Origin: an uncultured cyanobacterium
GTDB lineage: Bacteria; Cyanobacteriota; Cyanobacteriia; Phormidesmidales; Phormidesmidaceae
Assembly (NCBI GenBank): GCA_963793265.1
Contig: CAWBZI010000007.1
Span: forward strand, 384,001 to 448,000
Reading direction: 5' to 3'
Length of the DNA: 64,000 nucleotides
The translations under genes and the position numbers were made by a program. Shown here piece by piece: positions 51,941-61,245 of the stretch. The stretch's first letter is position 1; every line of letters begins with the position of its first letter. The notes under the pieces are model-generated. The model worked only from the letters and a program-made list of their open reading frames with translations, did not search any database and was not told the DNA's origin.

Positions 51941-52068
51941 GCAACATTCGGTCAAGCGCGACCGAAGCGATGGCAACGGCTTGGATTGCTTTAGCCCGAT
52001 TGCAAATGACTTTTCCCGGTTCGCCTCCGGCCTGCTGCAAAAACTCTGCATGGACGCCTGCTACTTTT

Positions 52069-52428
52069 GGCATTCAAGATGTTCCCTTTGTGGGTGGCAA
52101 GAATGCTTCGCTTGGGGAAATGATCCAGCAGCTCTCTCCACAGGGCGTTCGCGTCCCTACCGGATTTGCGACTACGGCTAATGCCTATGCCTACTTCATT
52201 CGAGCAGGTGGGCTAGAAGAAAAAATGCGATCGCATCTAGATTCGCTAGATACAGAGGACATTGAAGCCCTAAGAAAGAGCGGTCAGTCCGTGAGAGATC
52301 TTATTCTAGAAACGCCTTTTCCGCCGGAATTAGAGAGGGCTATTGAAAGCGCCTACCTGGACTTGTGCGATCGCAACAATCCAAATCTAGATGTCGCTGT
52401 GCGCTCTAGCGCCACCGCCGAAGACCTC
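52069..52428 (+). pseudogene. ppsA: N-terminal fragment of phosphoenolpyruvate synthase
   Basis: DVPFVGGKNASLGEMI..GVRVPTGFATTA...DVAVRSSATAEDL, after which similarity ends abruptly. About 120 aa of a protein that is normally about 800 aa. Confidence 0.88.
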
Positions 52429-52515
52429 TTTCTGAACTGGCATCGGCAAACCGTTAAGCAAGGTGACAACCGTAGAGTTGCAACAGCGTAAAGATTCACG
52501 GCAAGGAAAAATATT

Positions 52516-52662
52516 ATGTTTAATACAATTCTAGTGGCCTTAGATACCGAGGAAGACTGCACCTCTGTTTTTGAACAGGTAATGGATATAGCCAAGCAGA
52601 TGGGTGCAGGGCTGGAGGTAATGGGCGTACCGCTTTTTACTTCAACTCATCGGAGAAAGTAG
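52516..52662 (+). pseudogene. N-terminal fragment of a universal stress protein
   Basis: MFNTILVALDTEEDCTSVFEQVMDIAKQMGAGL... parallels the start of the intact USP at 36831; 48 aa only. Confidence 0.7.
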
Positions 52663-52752
52663 TCGCCCACCTGTTTTTCGGCGACCACTTTCTCCAATGC
52701 AATGAGCCACAGATCGAAGACGCTAGAGCGCGAAATAAGAGGGACATAAGAA

Positions 52753-53376
52753 ATGAAAGTAGCCGATATTATGACGACTAAAGTAGTGGCCATTCGCGGC
52801 TCGTCTACAGTCGCACAAGCTGCAGCCTTAATGAAGCAAGAAGGCGTTCACGCGCTGGTTGTAAAGCGCATAGATGATTCGGACGCTTATGGCATCGTTT
52901 CGGTGAGCGATATTGTTGGCCAGGTGATTGCGTTTGGCCGCAACCCAAAGCAAATTCGGGTATACGAAATTATGTCTAAGCCCTGCCTTGTGCTCAATCC
53001 CAATCTCGGGGTTGAGTATGCGGCGCGTCTGCTAACTCAGTTCAATCTGCACAGCGCTCCTGTTATCCAGTCCGAGCTGATAGGAATTCTATCTGTCTCC
53101 GACATTTTGGATCGTAGCAGCGCTATAGAGGAACCGCGCGAGCTAGCGCTAGCCGATGAGATTGAAGCTCTTTCTGAGGCTGCGCAGGCTATCTGTGAGG
53201 ACAACGGGCCAAACTCGACCGCCTGCGCGGAGGCTTGGGCTAGAGTTGATGTTCTACAGGCAGAGCTAGCTCATCAACAGACTAAAACGCTCGACCAATT
53301 CGCCTCGGAGCAGTTTTATGAGGAGTATCCAGAAGCTTTCAAAAATAGAGAATACGATGCTTGGTGTAGTGGATAA
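52753..53376 (+). CDS. CBS-CP12 fusion protein
   Basis: Two CBS domains (DAYGIVS, RVYEIMSKPCLVLNPNLGVEYAARL) followed by CP12-like CEDNGPNSTACAEAWARVDVLQAE. Confidence 0.88.
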   Translation: MKVADIMTTKVVAIRGSSTVAQAAALMKQEGVHALVVKRIDDSDAYGIVSVSDIVGQVIAFGRNPKQIRVYEIMSKPCLVLNPNLGVEYAARLLTQFNLHSAPVIQSELIGILSVSDILDRSSAIEEPRELALADEIEALSEAAQAICEDNGPNSTACAEAWARVDVLQAELAHQQTKTLDQFASEQFYEEYPEAFKNREYDAWCSG

Positions 53377-53380
53377 ATAC

Positions 53381-53413
53381 CTTCATAAGACCCTCAACAT
53401 TCTTGGCTAGTTT
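53381..53413 (+). promoter_or_regulatory. Island promoter motif 8 (no annotated gene downstream)
   Basis: CTTCA-taagac-CCTCA-11 nt-TAGTTT. Confidence 0.6.
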
Positions 53414-53647
53414 GACTGTATGAGATCTTTGGCGAAAGCGCTTACGCGCCCTGCAATGGTAGTTTTGAAATCGGTTTTGGTTGATTCCAGACTCGCGCTT
53501 CTTTCCTACTTTGTAAATGGTGCCTATTTGCCGACCTGATCGGCTCGTAGCGATTCACAATACTTTTTTGTCAGTCAGCTAGCGCGATCGCTCAGCGCAT
53601 CGTCAAAATAGAGCTGCGTTTCTTCTAAAGTAAGGCATTGCAAAATC

Positions 53648-53688
53648 AAAAGAGAGGCATGCGACAAGGTGACAAACGCCTCTCTTTT
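53648..53688. terminator. Bidirectional terminator-like hairpin
   Basis: AAAAGAGAGGC pairs with GCCTCTCTTTT; U-runs are available on both strands. Confidence 0.6.
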
Positions 53689-53698
53689 AATTTAGATG

Positions 53699-54400
53699 TT
53701 ACGAGTCAGTTTGGCCATTGCGATTGCCTCGTTGCCCTCTTTCTGGCAACTGCTGGCGCTGTTCTTCGGTGAGTACGGCGTTAATTTGCTCGTGGGTATC
53801 CTCGTGAATGGCTCTGAACTGCTGGCGCTGTTCGTCTGTCAAGTCGAGCGATCGCCATGCCCGTCGTCCCATTTCACCATCGCCTAATTCCGTGCGCTGC
53901 TCGGCGGTCAGCAGGGCTGACATTTGGGTGCGTTCGTCATTGCGAATGGCTTCGATTTGAGCAGACTGTGCCTCTGTCAGGTCGAGACTTTCCAGATACC
54001 CGCCTCTGCCACCACGACGACCGCGTGATTCTGCTAGCTGCTGGCGCTGTTCTTCTGTGAGCACAGCCTCAATCTGCTCGCGTTTGCCGTCTTTAATCGC
54101 TCTAATTTGGCTGCGCTGGTCATCGCTTAAGTTGAGCGATCGCAATCCTCTTTTCAAAGACTCGTCGTCTCCTAACGCTGCCTGCTGTTCGGGGGTCAGC
54201 ACGGCCTCAATTTGACTGCGGGTTTCAGTACGAATCGTTTCGATTTGGCTAGATTGCGTTTCTGTCAGGTTTAGCTGCTCGAAGCGCTCGCCCCGACTGC
54301 CATCATCGGCGTTGGCAGTGTGAATCCAGGCAAACGGCGTGGCGACTAGGGCAATTGCGGCCAAGCTACCCAAAGCAACAGTCTTAACATTGAAATTCAT
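53699..54400 (-). CDS. Spy/CpxP-family periplasmic protein with duplicated LTxxQ modules
   Basis: Signal peptide and repeated LNLTETQ, LTPEQ, LTEEQRQQ motifs. Confidence 0.85.
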   Translation of the reverse strand: MNFNVKTVALGSLAAIALVATPFAWIHTANADDGSRGERFEQLNLTETQSSQIETIRTETRSQIEAVLTPEQQAALGDDESLKRGLRSLNLSDDQRSQIRAIKDGKREQIEAVLTEEQRQQLAESRGRRGGRGGYLESLDLTEAQSAQIEAIRNDERTQMSALLTAEQRTELGDGEMGRRAWRSLDLTDEQRQQFRAIHEDTHEQINAVLTEEQRQQLPERGQRGNRNGQTDS

Positions 54401-54546
54401 AAGCTATACGATTTGATAGTTGCCGCGAAGCGCTCTAGTCAGCTTGGAAGGCTGAACATTGGCTCCGCGGGTTGACTGTTTAAGCTTAGGCAAACCAACC
54501 TCTATTCGGGAGGTAGAAAAGGTCACTATCTTACCCATGCTTACCC

Positions 54547-54560
54547 ATGACTTTCGTCAT
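54547..54560. promoter_or_regulatory. Palindromic candidate binding site for the adjacent NarL-type regulator
   Basis: ATGAC-TTTC-GTCAT in the divergent promoter between the Spy/CpxP gene and the kinase. Confidence 0.55.
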
Positions 54561-54652
54561 AACTTATGAGCGATCGCTTTTCATCGCATCGTATTTGCCC
54601 GATAGTTGAATGCAGCGGCTTTCTTTATTCTCTACTTCTCCACTCCCTACTT

Positions 54653-56008
54653 ATGGCTAATGCCATTCAGCCTAAAACCCACCCCTTCCGCTTCTTACTT
54701 TACCTGGAGTGGGGTTTACTTGCGGTTGCTTCGATAGGCGTACTCGATGGCCCTTCCCCACCTCATAGAGGCCCCCGCCACGGCCCGCCACCTGGCTGGG
54801 AACACAGCCCGTTTACGGCAATAGGGCTACTGCTGCTGTTTGGATTGATGGGCCTTTATCTACCTGCTGGCAAGCTGTCGCGAGTCGGTCATACGCTCGG
54901 ACAGATCTTGCTGATTCTACTCATGTCGGTCACCATTGACGAGGGTGGCCGACTAATCCCTGTGGTTTATCTAGTGCTGGTCATTCGCGGCTGTTTGATG
55001 TTTGGCCTCGCCGGTCGCCTCGCGCTGACGGGCCTATCTTTTGTTTTATTTCTAGTCGGCCTACAGTTCAGACTTCAGTCGCTAGCGGGCGCAGGGCGAC
55101 GCTTACCCCCACCGGCCAAGCGCCGTTTGGAAGGGCTGATTATGGGCTTCCAGCTTGATTTTATTGTGCTATTTGGACTGGCCCTGCTGCTGGTTGTGCT
55201 GCTGGTCAATGCACTACTTACAGAGCGTAAGAGTCAGCGACGGTTGCAAAGGGCGAATCAGGCGCTTCAGCAGTCGGCCCAAGAAATCGAAAAGCTAGCA
55301 ATGGATCAAGAACGTAGCCGGATTGCAAGAGATATTCATGATGCGCTGGGCCATCTACTGAGCGCCTTGAACATTCAGCTTGAAAGCGCGTTAAAGCTGT
55401 GGTCAGCCGAACCCGTTAGAGCACGCCAGTTCTTAGCGCAGGCGAAGCAGTTAGGCACACAATCTTTGCGAGAAGTTAGAAATTCGGTCGCAGCCGTAAG
55501 ACAAGATCCACTAGATGGAAAAACGCTTGAGGGGGCGATCGCCCAGCTCCTTCAAGACATTCAAAACAGTCTAGATGCGCAATCGTCGCCCTTAGCGCCT
55601 GAAGTCACCTCAGACGTTCATCTCAACAAACCTCTGCCAGCTAATTTCCGAGCCATCCTCTACCGCATCGCTCAAGCCGGACTCACCAACAGCGTTAGAC
55701 ATGCCAATGCTACGCTAATTCACTTGCGCTTGATAAACTCAGGCCAAAACGTCATGCTCGCTATAGAAGACAATGGCGTTGGGTTCGAGCAGGCGCAGGC
55801 ACGAACTGGATTTGGCTTACAGAGTATGCGCGAACGCGCTGAGGCAGTCGGCGGAACGTTCAACATCTCTAGTCATACAGCTAGCCATACAGAGACTAGC
55901 GATCATCAAAACCAGCAGATCGATCTAAAAACGGGCACCCGAATTGAAGTTGTTTTGCCGCTTCAGCATGATGGTAGCCCCCTTCTTGAGGAAGATTCTC
56001 ATGCTTAA
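54653..56008 (+). CDS. Membrane sensor histidine kinase (HisKA_3, NarX/DesK type)
   Basis: TM helices, ERSRIARDIHDALGH, LTNSVRHA, EDNGVGF, GFGLQSMRER. Confidence 0.9.
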   Translation: MANAIQPKTHPFRFLLYLEWGLLAVASIGVLDGPSPPHRGPRHGPPPGWEHSPFTAIGLLLLFGLMGLYLPAGKLSRVGHTLGQILLILLMSVTIDEGGRLIPVVYLVLVIRGCLMFGLAGRLALTGLSFVLFLVGLQFRLQSLAGAGRRLPPPAKRRLEGLIMGFQLDFIVLFGLALLLVVLLVNALLTERKSQRRLQRANQALQQSAQEIEKLAMDQERSRIARDIHDALGHLLSALNIQLESALKLWSAEPVRARQFLAQAKQLGTQSLREVRNSVAAVRQDPLDGKTLEGAIAQLLQDIQNSLDAQSSPLAPEVTSDVHLNKPLPANFRAILYRIAQAGLTNSVRHANATLIHLRLINSGQNVMLAIEDNGVGFEQAQARTGFGLQSMRERAEAVGGTFNISSHTASHTETSDHQNQQIDLKTGTRIEVVLPLQHDGSPLLEEDSHA

Positions 56009-56681
56009 GCTTTTAATTGTTGAAGACCAGCGGCTTATTCGCGAGGGATTGGTCGCCCTGCTCACGTTAGAAGGGGATTTAACCGTTGTTGGAGAAGCTG
56101 AAAATGGTCGAGTGGCTTTGGCACTGTTGGCAAAACTATCCGATAACGAGCTGCCAGATGTTGCCTTGTTAGATATGAGAATGCCAGTGATGGATGGTGT
56201 CGCGACTGCCGCTGCGATCAGCGATCGCTATCCCAGCATCAAGATACTGGTGCTTACCACCTTTGACGATGACGAACTGATTGCCCAGGCAATAGCCAGT
56301 GGTGCTAAAGGCTACCTGCTCAAAGACACGCCCTCGGAAGAGCTAGCAATGGCGGTGCGCTCAGTTGCCAAAGGCTATAGTCACTTTGGGCCAGGGATTG
56401 TCGATAAGATGATTGGCGCTTTGCCGCCAATTCGTAGAACAACGGCGGCTGACGCTCATGTAAATGAGGTGATGATAGCTGACATAAACGCGCTGACGCC
56501 AAGAGAGCAGGAAGTATTAGCCTGTATGGGACAAGGTGCGAACAACAAAGAGATTGCTCAGCAGCTCCACTTGTCAGAAGGCACAGTCAAAAACTATGTG
56601 ACAAGCGTATTGAGCCGGTTAGGTTTACGCGATCGCACCCAAGCGGCGCTGCTCGCGCAAAAAGTCGGTGTTCCAGAGTGA
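56001..56681 (+). CDS. NarL-family response regulator
   Basis: LIVEDQ, LLDMRMPVMDG, LTTFDDD, LTPREQEVL..NKEIA. Confidence 0.92.
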   Translation: MLKLLIVEDQRLIREGLVALLTLEGDLTVVGEAENGRVALALLAKLSDNELPDVALLDMRMPVMDGVATAAAISDRYPSIKILVLTTFDDDELIAQAIASGAKGYLLKDTPSEELAMAVRSVAKGYSHFGPGIVDKMIGALPPIRRTTAADAHVNEVMIADINALTPREQEVLACMGQGANNKEIAQQLHLSEGTVKNYVTSVLSRLGLRDRTQAALLAQKVGVPE

Positions 56682-56701
56682 GTGCTCTCTTAGCAGATCA
56701 A

Positions 56702-58240
56702 CTATTCCTCTGCCGTACCCAATAAGAGTCTCGACAGCGTTTCTTTTGTTCCTAGCGCATAGAGCTGTTGAAGATGATGGGTGACGGCGGCTACTAATGC
56801 TGGAGACTTAGACAAAGCGCCAAAGATTGTTTCGATGTTGAGCAACAGCGTTGGATCGTTTTTTCCAGCTAACGCCTTTTCCGTTAGTAGCTGTGCCATC
56901 GGATCGTCAATCGGCAGCGGCTTGTTCTGTTCGTCTTGACCGTTGAGGTAGCGAAACCAGAGTGCGATCGCAAAGCTCAAATAGGTAATCGACCCGCCTT
57001 CTGCCAACTCATCTCTCAAGCTACCAAGAATAAACTTCGGAATTTTATCTGAGCCGTTCAGGCACAGCCTCGATAGCTGATCGCGCACTTTCGGGTTAGA
57101 AAACCGTTCAATCAACGTTTGCTTATACTCGTCTAGCTGAATACCGGGTAGAGGTAGCAGCGTCGGTGACACTTCATCCATTAGCCGTTCAATAACCTGA
57201 CGAATCAGTGCGTTATCCATAGCTTCGGAGCTATAGGTGTAGCCGAGTAGCGACCCTGCGTACCCAAGCAGCGAGTGGCTAGCGTTTAGCAAGCGAAGCT
57301 TCATCATCTCGTAAGGATGAACATCATCAGTCATTTGAACGCCAACAGACTCCCAGTCCGGTCGTCCCGCGCAAAAGCGATCTTCTACGACCCACTGACA
57401 AAACGGCTCCGCCACAACAGGCCAAGCATCATCAATTGAGAATTTATCGGCCACCATTTGCAGATCAGCGGGTGTGGTTGCAGGCGTAATGCGATCGACC
57501 ATGCTATTTGGAAAAGCAGCATTCGCGGCAATCCATTCGCCCAGCGCCGGGTTTTGCAGCTTGGCAAAAGCGATCAGCATTTTGCCAACGAGATTACCGT
57601 TGCCCTGAATGTTGTCGCAAGAGAGCGTGGTGAAGGGAGGCTGTCCGTTTTGTCGTCTTTTGTTTAGGGCCGCCGCAAGATAGCCGTAGATACCCACTGG
57701 CTGCTCTGGATGCTGCAAATCATGTTGAATGGTGGGATTGTCAACGTCTAGCTCACCGCTGCCTTCAATCACATAGTAGCCACCTTCTGTAATTGTTAGC
57801 GTCACAATGCGGCACTGGGGACTTGCCATGGTGTCGATGACGGTTTGCGCCGCTTCAGGCGCGAACAGATAGTCGGTGATCGAGCCGATAATGCGAGCGC
57901 TATCTTGGTCGGCATCGCGCTCTACTAGCGTATATAGGCAGTCTTGCGATCGCAAAGCATCACGCATCTTAGCATCGTACTTCAGCAGGCCAACGCCGCA
58001 GATTCCCCAGTCGCTACCCGGATGTTGTTCTAAATAGTTGTCTATATAAAGCGCTTGGTGGGCGCGATGAAAGCCGCCCACGCCAATGTGGACAATGCCG
58101 TTAGTCACCGCTTTGCGGTCGTAGCGAGGAATGCGAACCGTTTCAGGATACTGTGACAGGGAAGCTTCGCTAAGCTTTTTAGGAGAGATCGTTGTTGATC
58201 TTTTTGGCTGCGGTTGTTTGGATAGGGCGGGGCTGCGCAT
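56702..58240 (-). CDS. Mannitol 2-dehydrogenase family protein
   Basis: IVHIGVGGFHRAHQA, LTITEGGY, LSCDN, FPNSMVDRITP, PYEMMKLRLLNASH. Confidence 0.88.
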   Translation of the reverse strand: MRSPALSKQPQPKRSTTISPKKLSEASLSQYPETVRIPRYDRKAVTNGIVHIGVGGFHRAHQALYIDNYLEQHPGSDWGICGVGLLKYDAKMRDALRSQDCLYTLVERDADQDSARIIGSITDYLFAPEAAQTVIDTMASPQCRIVTLTITEGGYYVIEGSGELDVDNPTIQHDLQHPEQPVGIYGYLAAALNKRRQNGQPPFTTLSCDNIQGNGNLVGKMLIAFAKLQNPALGEWIAANAAFPNSMVDRITPATTPADLQMVADKFSIDDAWPVVAEPFCQWVVEDRFCAGRPDWESVGVQMTDDVHPYEMMKLRLLNASHSLLGYAGSLLGYTYSSEAMDNALIRQVIERLMDEVSPTLLPLPGIQLDEYKQTLIERFSNPKVRDQLSRLCLNGSDKIPKFILGSLRDELAEGGSITYLSFAIALWFRYLNGQDEQNKPLPIDDPMAQLLTEKALAGKNDPTLLLNIETIFGALSKSPALVAAVTHHLQQLYALGTKETLSRLLLGTAEE

Positions 58241-59408
58241 GAGGGTTCTCCGAGGTATTGAGAGCTGAGGAACTGCGATCTGAGGTATTAGGAAGGGTTC
58301 TATCCACTAGCAGGCGATTCTGCTGAGCTTTGGGAATCGCCATGCCGTCGGCGTCGAAAAGGTGGCACAGGTTACCGTCAATGTAGAGCGGAACGCGATC
58401 GCGCACAGCAACGGGTCTATCGCCTTCTGTTTGCACAATTAGCGTATCGCCGCCCGCTACTTTGACGTAGCAATAGGTTTCTCCGCCCAGCCGCTCTACC
58501 ACCAGCACCTCACCCATCAAGGTAGGATTCTCAGCGTTGATTTGTATATGCTCGGGGCGAATGCCGACTGTGGCGCGATCGCCTACCATCAGCTTTTTAG
58601 GCTGCACCGGAATCGTCACCGTTTGGTCGCCCGGTAGCCGTAGCGTCGTGCCAGAATCCTGCACGCTCGTGGTCATCGTCGGCAAGAAGTTCATATTGGG
58701 CGAACCGATGAACCCGGCTACAAACTGATTATTGGGGTGGTGATATAGCTCTAACGGAGAGCCTATCTGTTCTATTTGGCCATCTCTTAGCACAACAATC
58801 TTGCTTGCTAGCGTCATCGCCTCTACCTGATCGTGCGTTACGTAGATCATGGTGGACTCTAAACTGTTGTGAAGGCTTGCTAGCTCCAAACGCATCTGTC
58901 CGCGCAGGGCCGCATCTAAGTTCGATAGCGGCTCGTCGAATAAGAACACTTTAGGATTGCGAACCAGCGCCCTGCCAATGGCAACTCGCTGCCTTTGTCC
59001 GCCCGAGAGCGCTCCAGGTTTACGATTTAGCAGCGGCTCTAGCTGTAGAACTCGGCCCACTTCCTTAGCTCTTTCATATCGTTTTGCTTTGGGTACGCCC
59101 GCTAGTCGCAGGCTAAAGGCCATGTTTTCAGCGACGGTCATGTGTGGATACAGCGCGTAAGTTTGAAAGACCATTGCCAGACCTCGCTGGTCGGGCGGGA
59201 CTTCGTTCATTCGCTGTCCATCAATTAGCAGTTCGCCGGAGGTAATCTCTTCTAGTCCGGCAATCATCCGCAAAAGCGTTGATTTGCCGCAGCCGGAAGG
59301 GCCAACAAAGACAACAAACTCGCGGTCTTCAATGTCAAGATCGACACCTTTAATCACCTCGGCATCGGTGTAGGTTTTACGAATGTTTCTAAGCGTTACG
59401 GTAGACAT
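58179..59408 (-). CDS. Sugar/polyol ABC transporter ATP-binding subunit (SmoK/MtlK-like)
   Basis: GPSGCGKST, LSGGQRQR, FLFDEPLSNLD, TOBE-like tail. Confidence 0.92.
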   Translation of the reverse strand: MSTVTLRNIRKTYTDAEVIKGVDLDIEDREFVVFVGPSGCGKSTLLRMIAGLEEITSGELLIDGQRMNEVPPDQRGLAMVFQTYALYPHMTVAENMAFSLRLAGVPKAKRYERAKEVGRVLQLEPLLNRKPGALSGGQRQRVAIGRALVRNPKVFLFDEPLSNLDAALRGQMRLELASLHNSLESTMIYVTHDQVEAMTLASKIVVLRDGQIEQIGSPLELYHHPNNQFVAGFIGSPNMNFLPTMTTSVQDSGTTLRLPGDQTVTIPVQPKKLMVGDRATVGIRPEHIQINAENPTLMGEVLVVERLGGETYCYVKVAGGDTLIVQTEGDRPVAVRDRVPLYIDGNLCHLFDADGMAIPKAQQNRLLVDRTLPNTSDRSSSALNTSENPHAQPRPIQTTAAKKINNDLS

Positions 59409-59459
59409 AAGACAGCTCGGGGTAGGTGAGTATTAAAGGACGAGTGGATGTTAGAGAGA

Positions 59460-60284
59460 CTATTTGACAGCGCCGAAGGTAAGCCCTCGCACGAGCTGCT
59501 TTTGACTGAACCAGCCGAAGAGAAGGATAGGGGCGATCGCCATCGTAGAAGCCGCCGACAGCTTGGCCCAAAACAGTCCTTGTGGGCTGGAGAAAGAGGC
59601 TATAAAGGCCGTTAGAGGTGCCGCATCAAACGTGGTCAAGTTCAGGCTCCAAAACGCCTCATTCCAAGACAAAATAACCGAGAGCAGCGCGGTAGAGGCG
59701 ATTCCTGGTAGCGCTAAAGGCAACAATACGTAGGCAACTTCTTGATAGGTCGAAGCCCCGTCCATTCTGTCGGCTTCGAGGATCTCTTTGGGCACCTCTT
59801 TGAAAAAACTGTAGATCATCCAAACTACAATTGGCAAATTAATTAGGGTGTAGATGATAATTAGACCGATGCGCGTATCCAACAGACCGCTTTCACGGCC
59901 CAGAATATAAATGGGTACGAGCACGCCTACAGGTGGCAGCATCTTAGTCGAAAGCATCCACAACAATGTGCTTTTTGTACGCTTTGTCGGGAAAAAAGAC
60001 ATGGCGTAGGCCGCAGGCACCGCTAGCAGTAGTGCCAGGATCGTTGCACCCACAGAAACGATGACGCTGTTCCAGGCATAGTTAAAGTAAGCCGCCCTCT
60101 CCTGCACGGCAATATAGTTCTCAAGGGTGGGCGTAAAGAAAAGCTGAGGTGGGGTTGAGACAGCCGCAACTTCTGTCTTAAAGCTGGTGATAAACATCCA
60201 GAATATCGGAAAGAACAGAATGCAGGCAACTAGCCATGCTAGGAGGCCCACCAACCATTGGTTAGACTTGTTTTGAGTTGTCAT
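59460..60284 (-). CDS. Polyol ABC transporter permease (SmoG/MtlG-like)
   Basis: LLWMLSTKMLPPVGVL, WNEAFWSLNLT, SSPQGLFWAKLSAAS. Confidence 0.88.
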   Translation of the reverse strand: MTTQNKSNQWLVGLLAWLVACILFFPIFWMFITSFKTEVAAVSTPPQLFFTPTLENYIAVQERAAYFNYAWNSVIVSVGATILALLLAVPAAYAMSFFPTKRTKSTLLWMLSTKMLPPVGVLVPIYILGRESGLLDTRIGLIIIYTLINLPIVVWMIYSFFKEVPKEILEADRMDGASTYQEVAYVLLPLALPGIASTALLSVILSWNEAFWSLNLTTFDAAPLTAFIASFSSPQGLFWAKLSAASTMAIAPILLFGWFSQKQLVRGLTFGAVK

Positions 60285-60327
60285 GGTAGGTACCGGGAGC
60301 TAAGTATTAGGCGTTAAGTGTCAAAGA

Positions 60328-61245
60328 TCAGGTATCTAAATTACGAGCGACACTGCGAACTAAGAAGATGGCGACAATGTTGGCAAGAACAACGGCGATA
60401 AGGCCACCAGCAGAAGCGCCGCCAACGTCAAACTCTAGCAATGCTTTGAGGTAGATGTAGTAGGCCAAGTTAGTGGTCGCCAGTCCTGGGCCGCCGCCTG
60501 TGGTGACGAATATTTCTGCAAAGATAGTGAGAAAGAAGATGGTTTCAATCATGGCGACAACTGCGATCGCCCGACTCAGGTGCGGCAGCACCACAAACCG
60601 AAACAAAGAAAGCGATTTAGCCCCATCCATCCGCGCCGCCTCTATTTGATCGGTATCTAAAGACTGAATCGCTGTGAGCAAAATCAGCAGTGCAAACGGC
60701 AACCACTCCCAAGACACGATGATAATAATCGATATCAAAGGAAAGTCAGTAAACCAGTCAATCGCACCTAGCCCTAGCCCGCGAGTGATTTGAGCAAACA
60801 GCCCGTTCACTGGATGCATGAGCATATTCTTCCAAATCAGCGCGCTCACCGTGGGCATCACGAAAAAGGGAGAAATCGCAAGCACTCTAGCAACGCCCTG
60901 GCCTGGAAAGTCTTGATTGAACAAAACCGCCAGCAGCGTGCCTAGCCCAATTGTGATAGCCAGCACAGAGGCTACTAGCACCAGCGTAATGCCAATAGAA
61001 CTCCACAGCGCCGGGTCGCTCAGAATATACGTAAAGTTCTCTATGCCGACGAAGGCTTGATTGTCTGGAACCAGCAAATTGTATCGCTGGAAGGCGAACC
61101 AGATAGCCATGGCTAGCGGAACAATCATCCACAGCAATAGAACGATGACTGAAGGTGCAACCAATGCCAAGGCAGGCACGGTTCGATTGGGTCTTACCCG
61201 ATCGGCGGGCGGCTGTATTCGCGGATCTCTTACGACAGAAGTCAT
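60328..61245 (-). CDS. Polyol ABC transporter permease (SmoF/MtlF-like)
   Basis: LLWMIVPLAM, ISPFFVMPTVSALIWKN, EAARMDGA. Confidence 0.88.
   Translation of the reverse strand: MTSVVRDPRIQPPADRVRPNRTVPALALVAPSVIVLLLWMIVPLAMAIWFAFQRYNLLVPDNQAFVGIENFTYILSDPALWSSIGITLVLVASVLAITIGLGTLLAVLFNQDFPGQGVARVLAISPFFVMPTVSALIWKNMLMHPVNGLFAQITRGLGLGAIDWFTDFPLISIIIIVSWEWLPFALLILLTAIQSLDTDQIEAARMDGAKSLSLFRFVVLPHLSRAIAVVAMIETIFFLTIFAEIFVTTGGGPGLATTNLAYYIYLKALLEFDVGGASAGGLIAVVLANIVAIFLVRSVARNLDT

Noticed and set aside
51970..52491. 173-aa ORF as an intact gene
   Set aside because: Only the central 120 aa match PEP synthase and the flanks are unrelated, so it is treated as a fragment.
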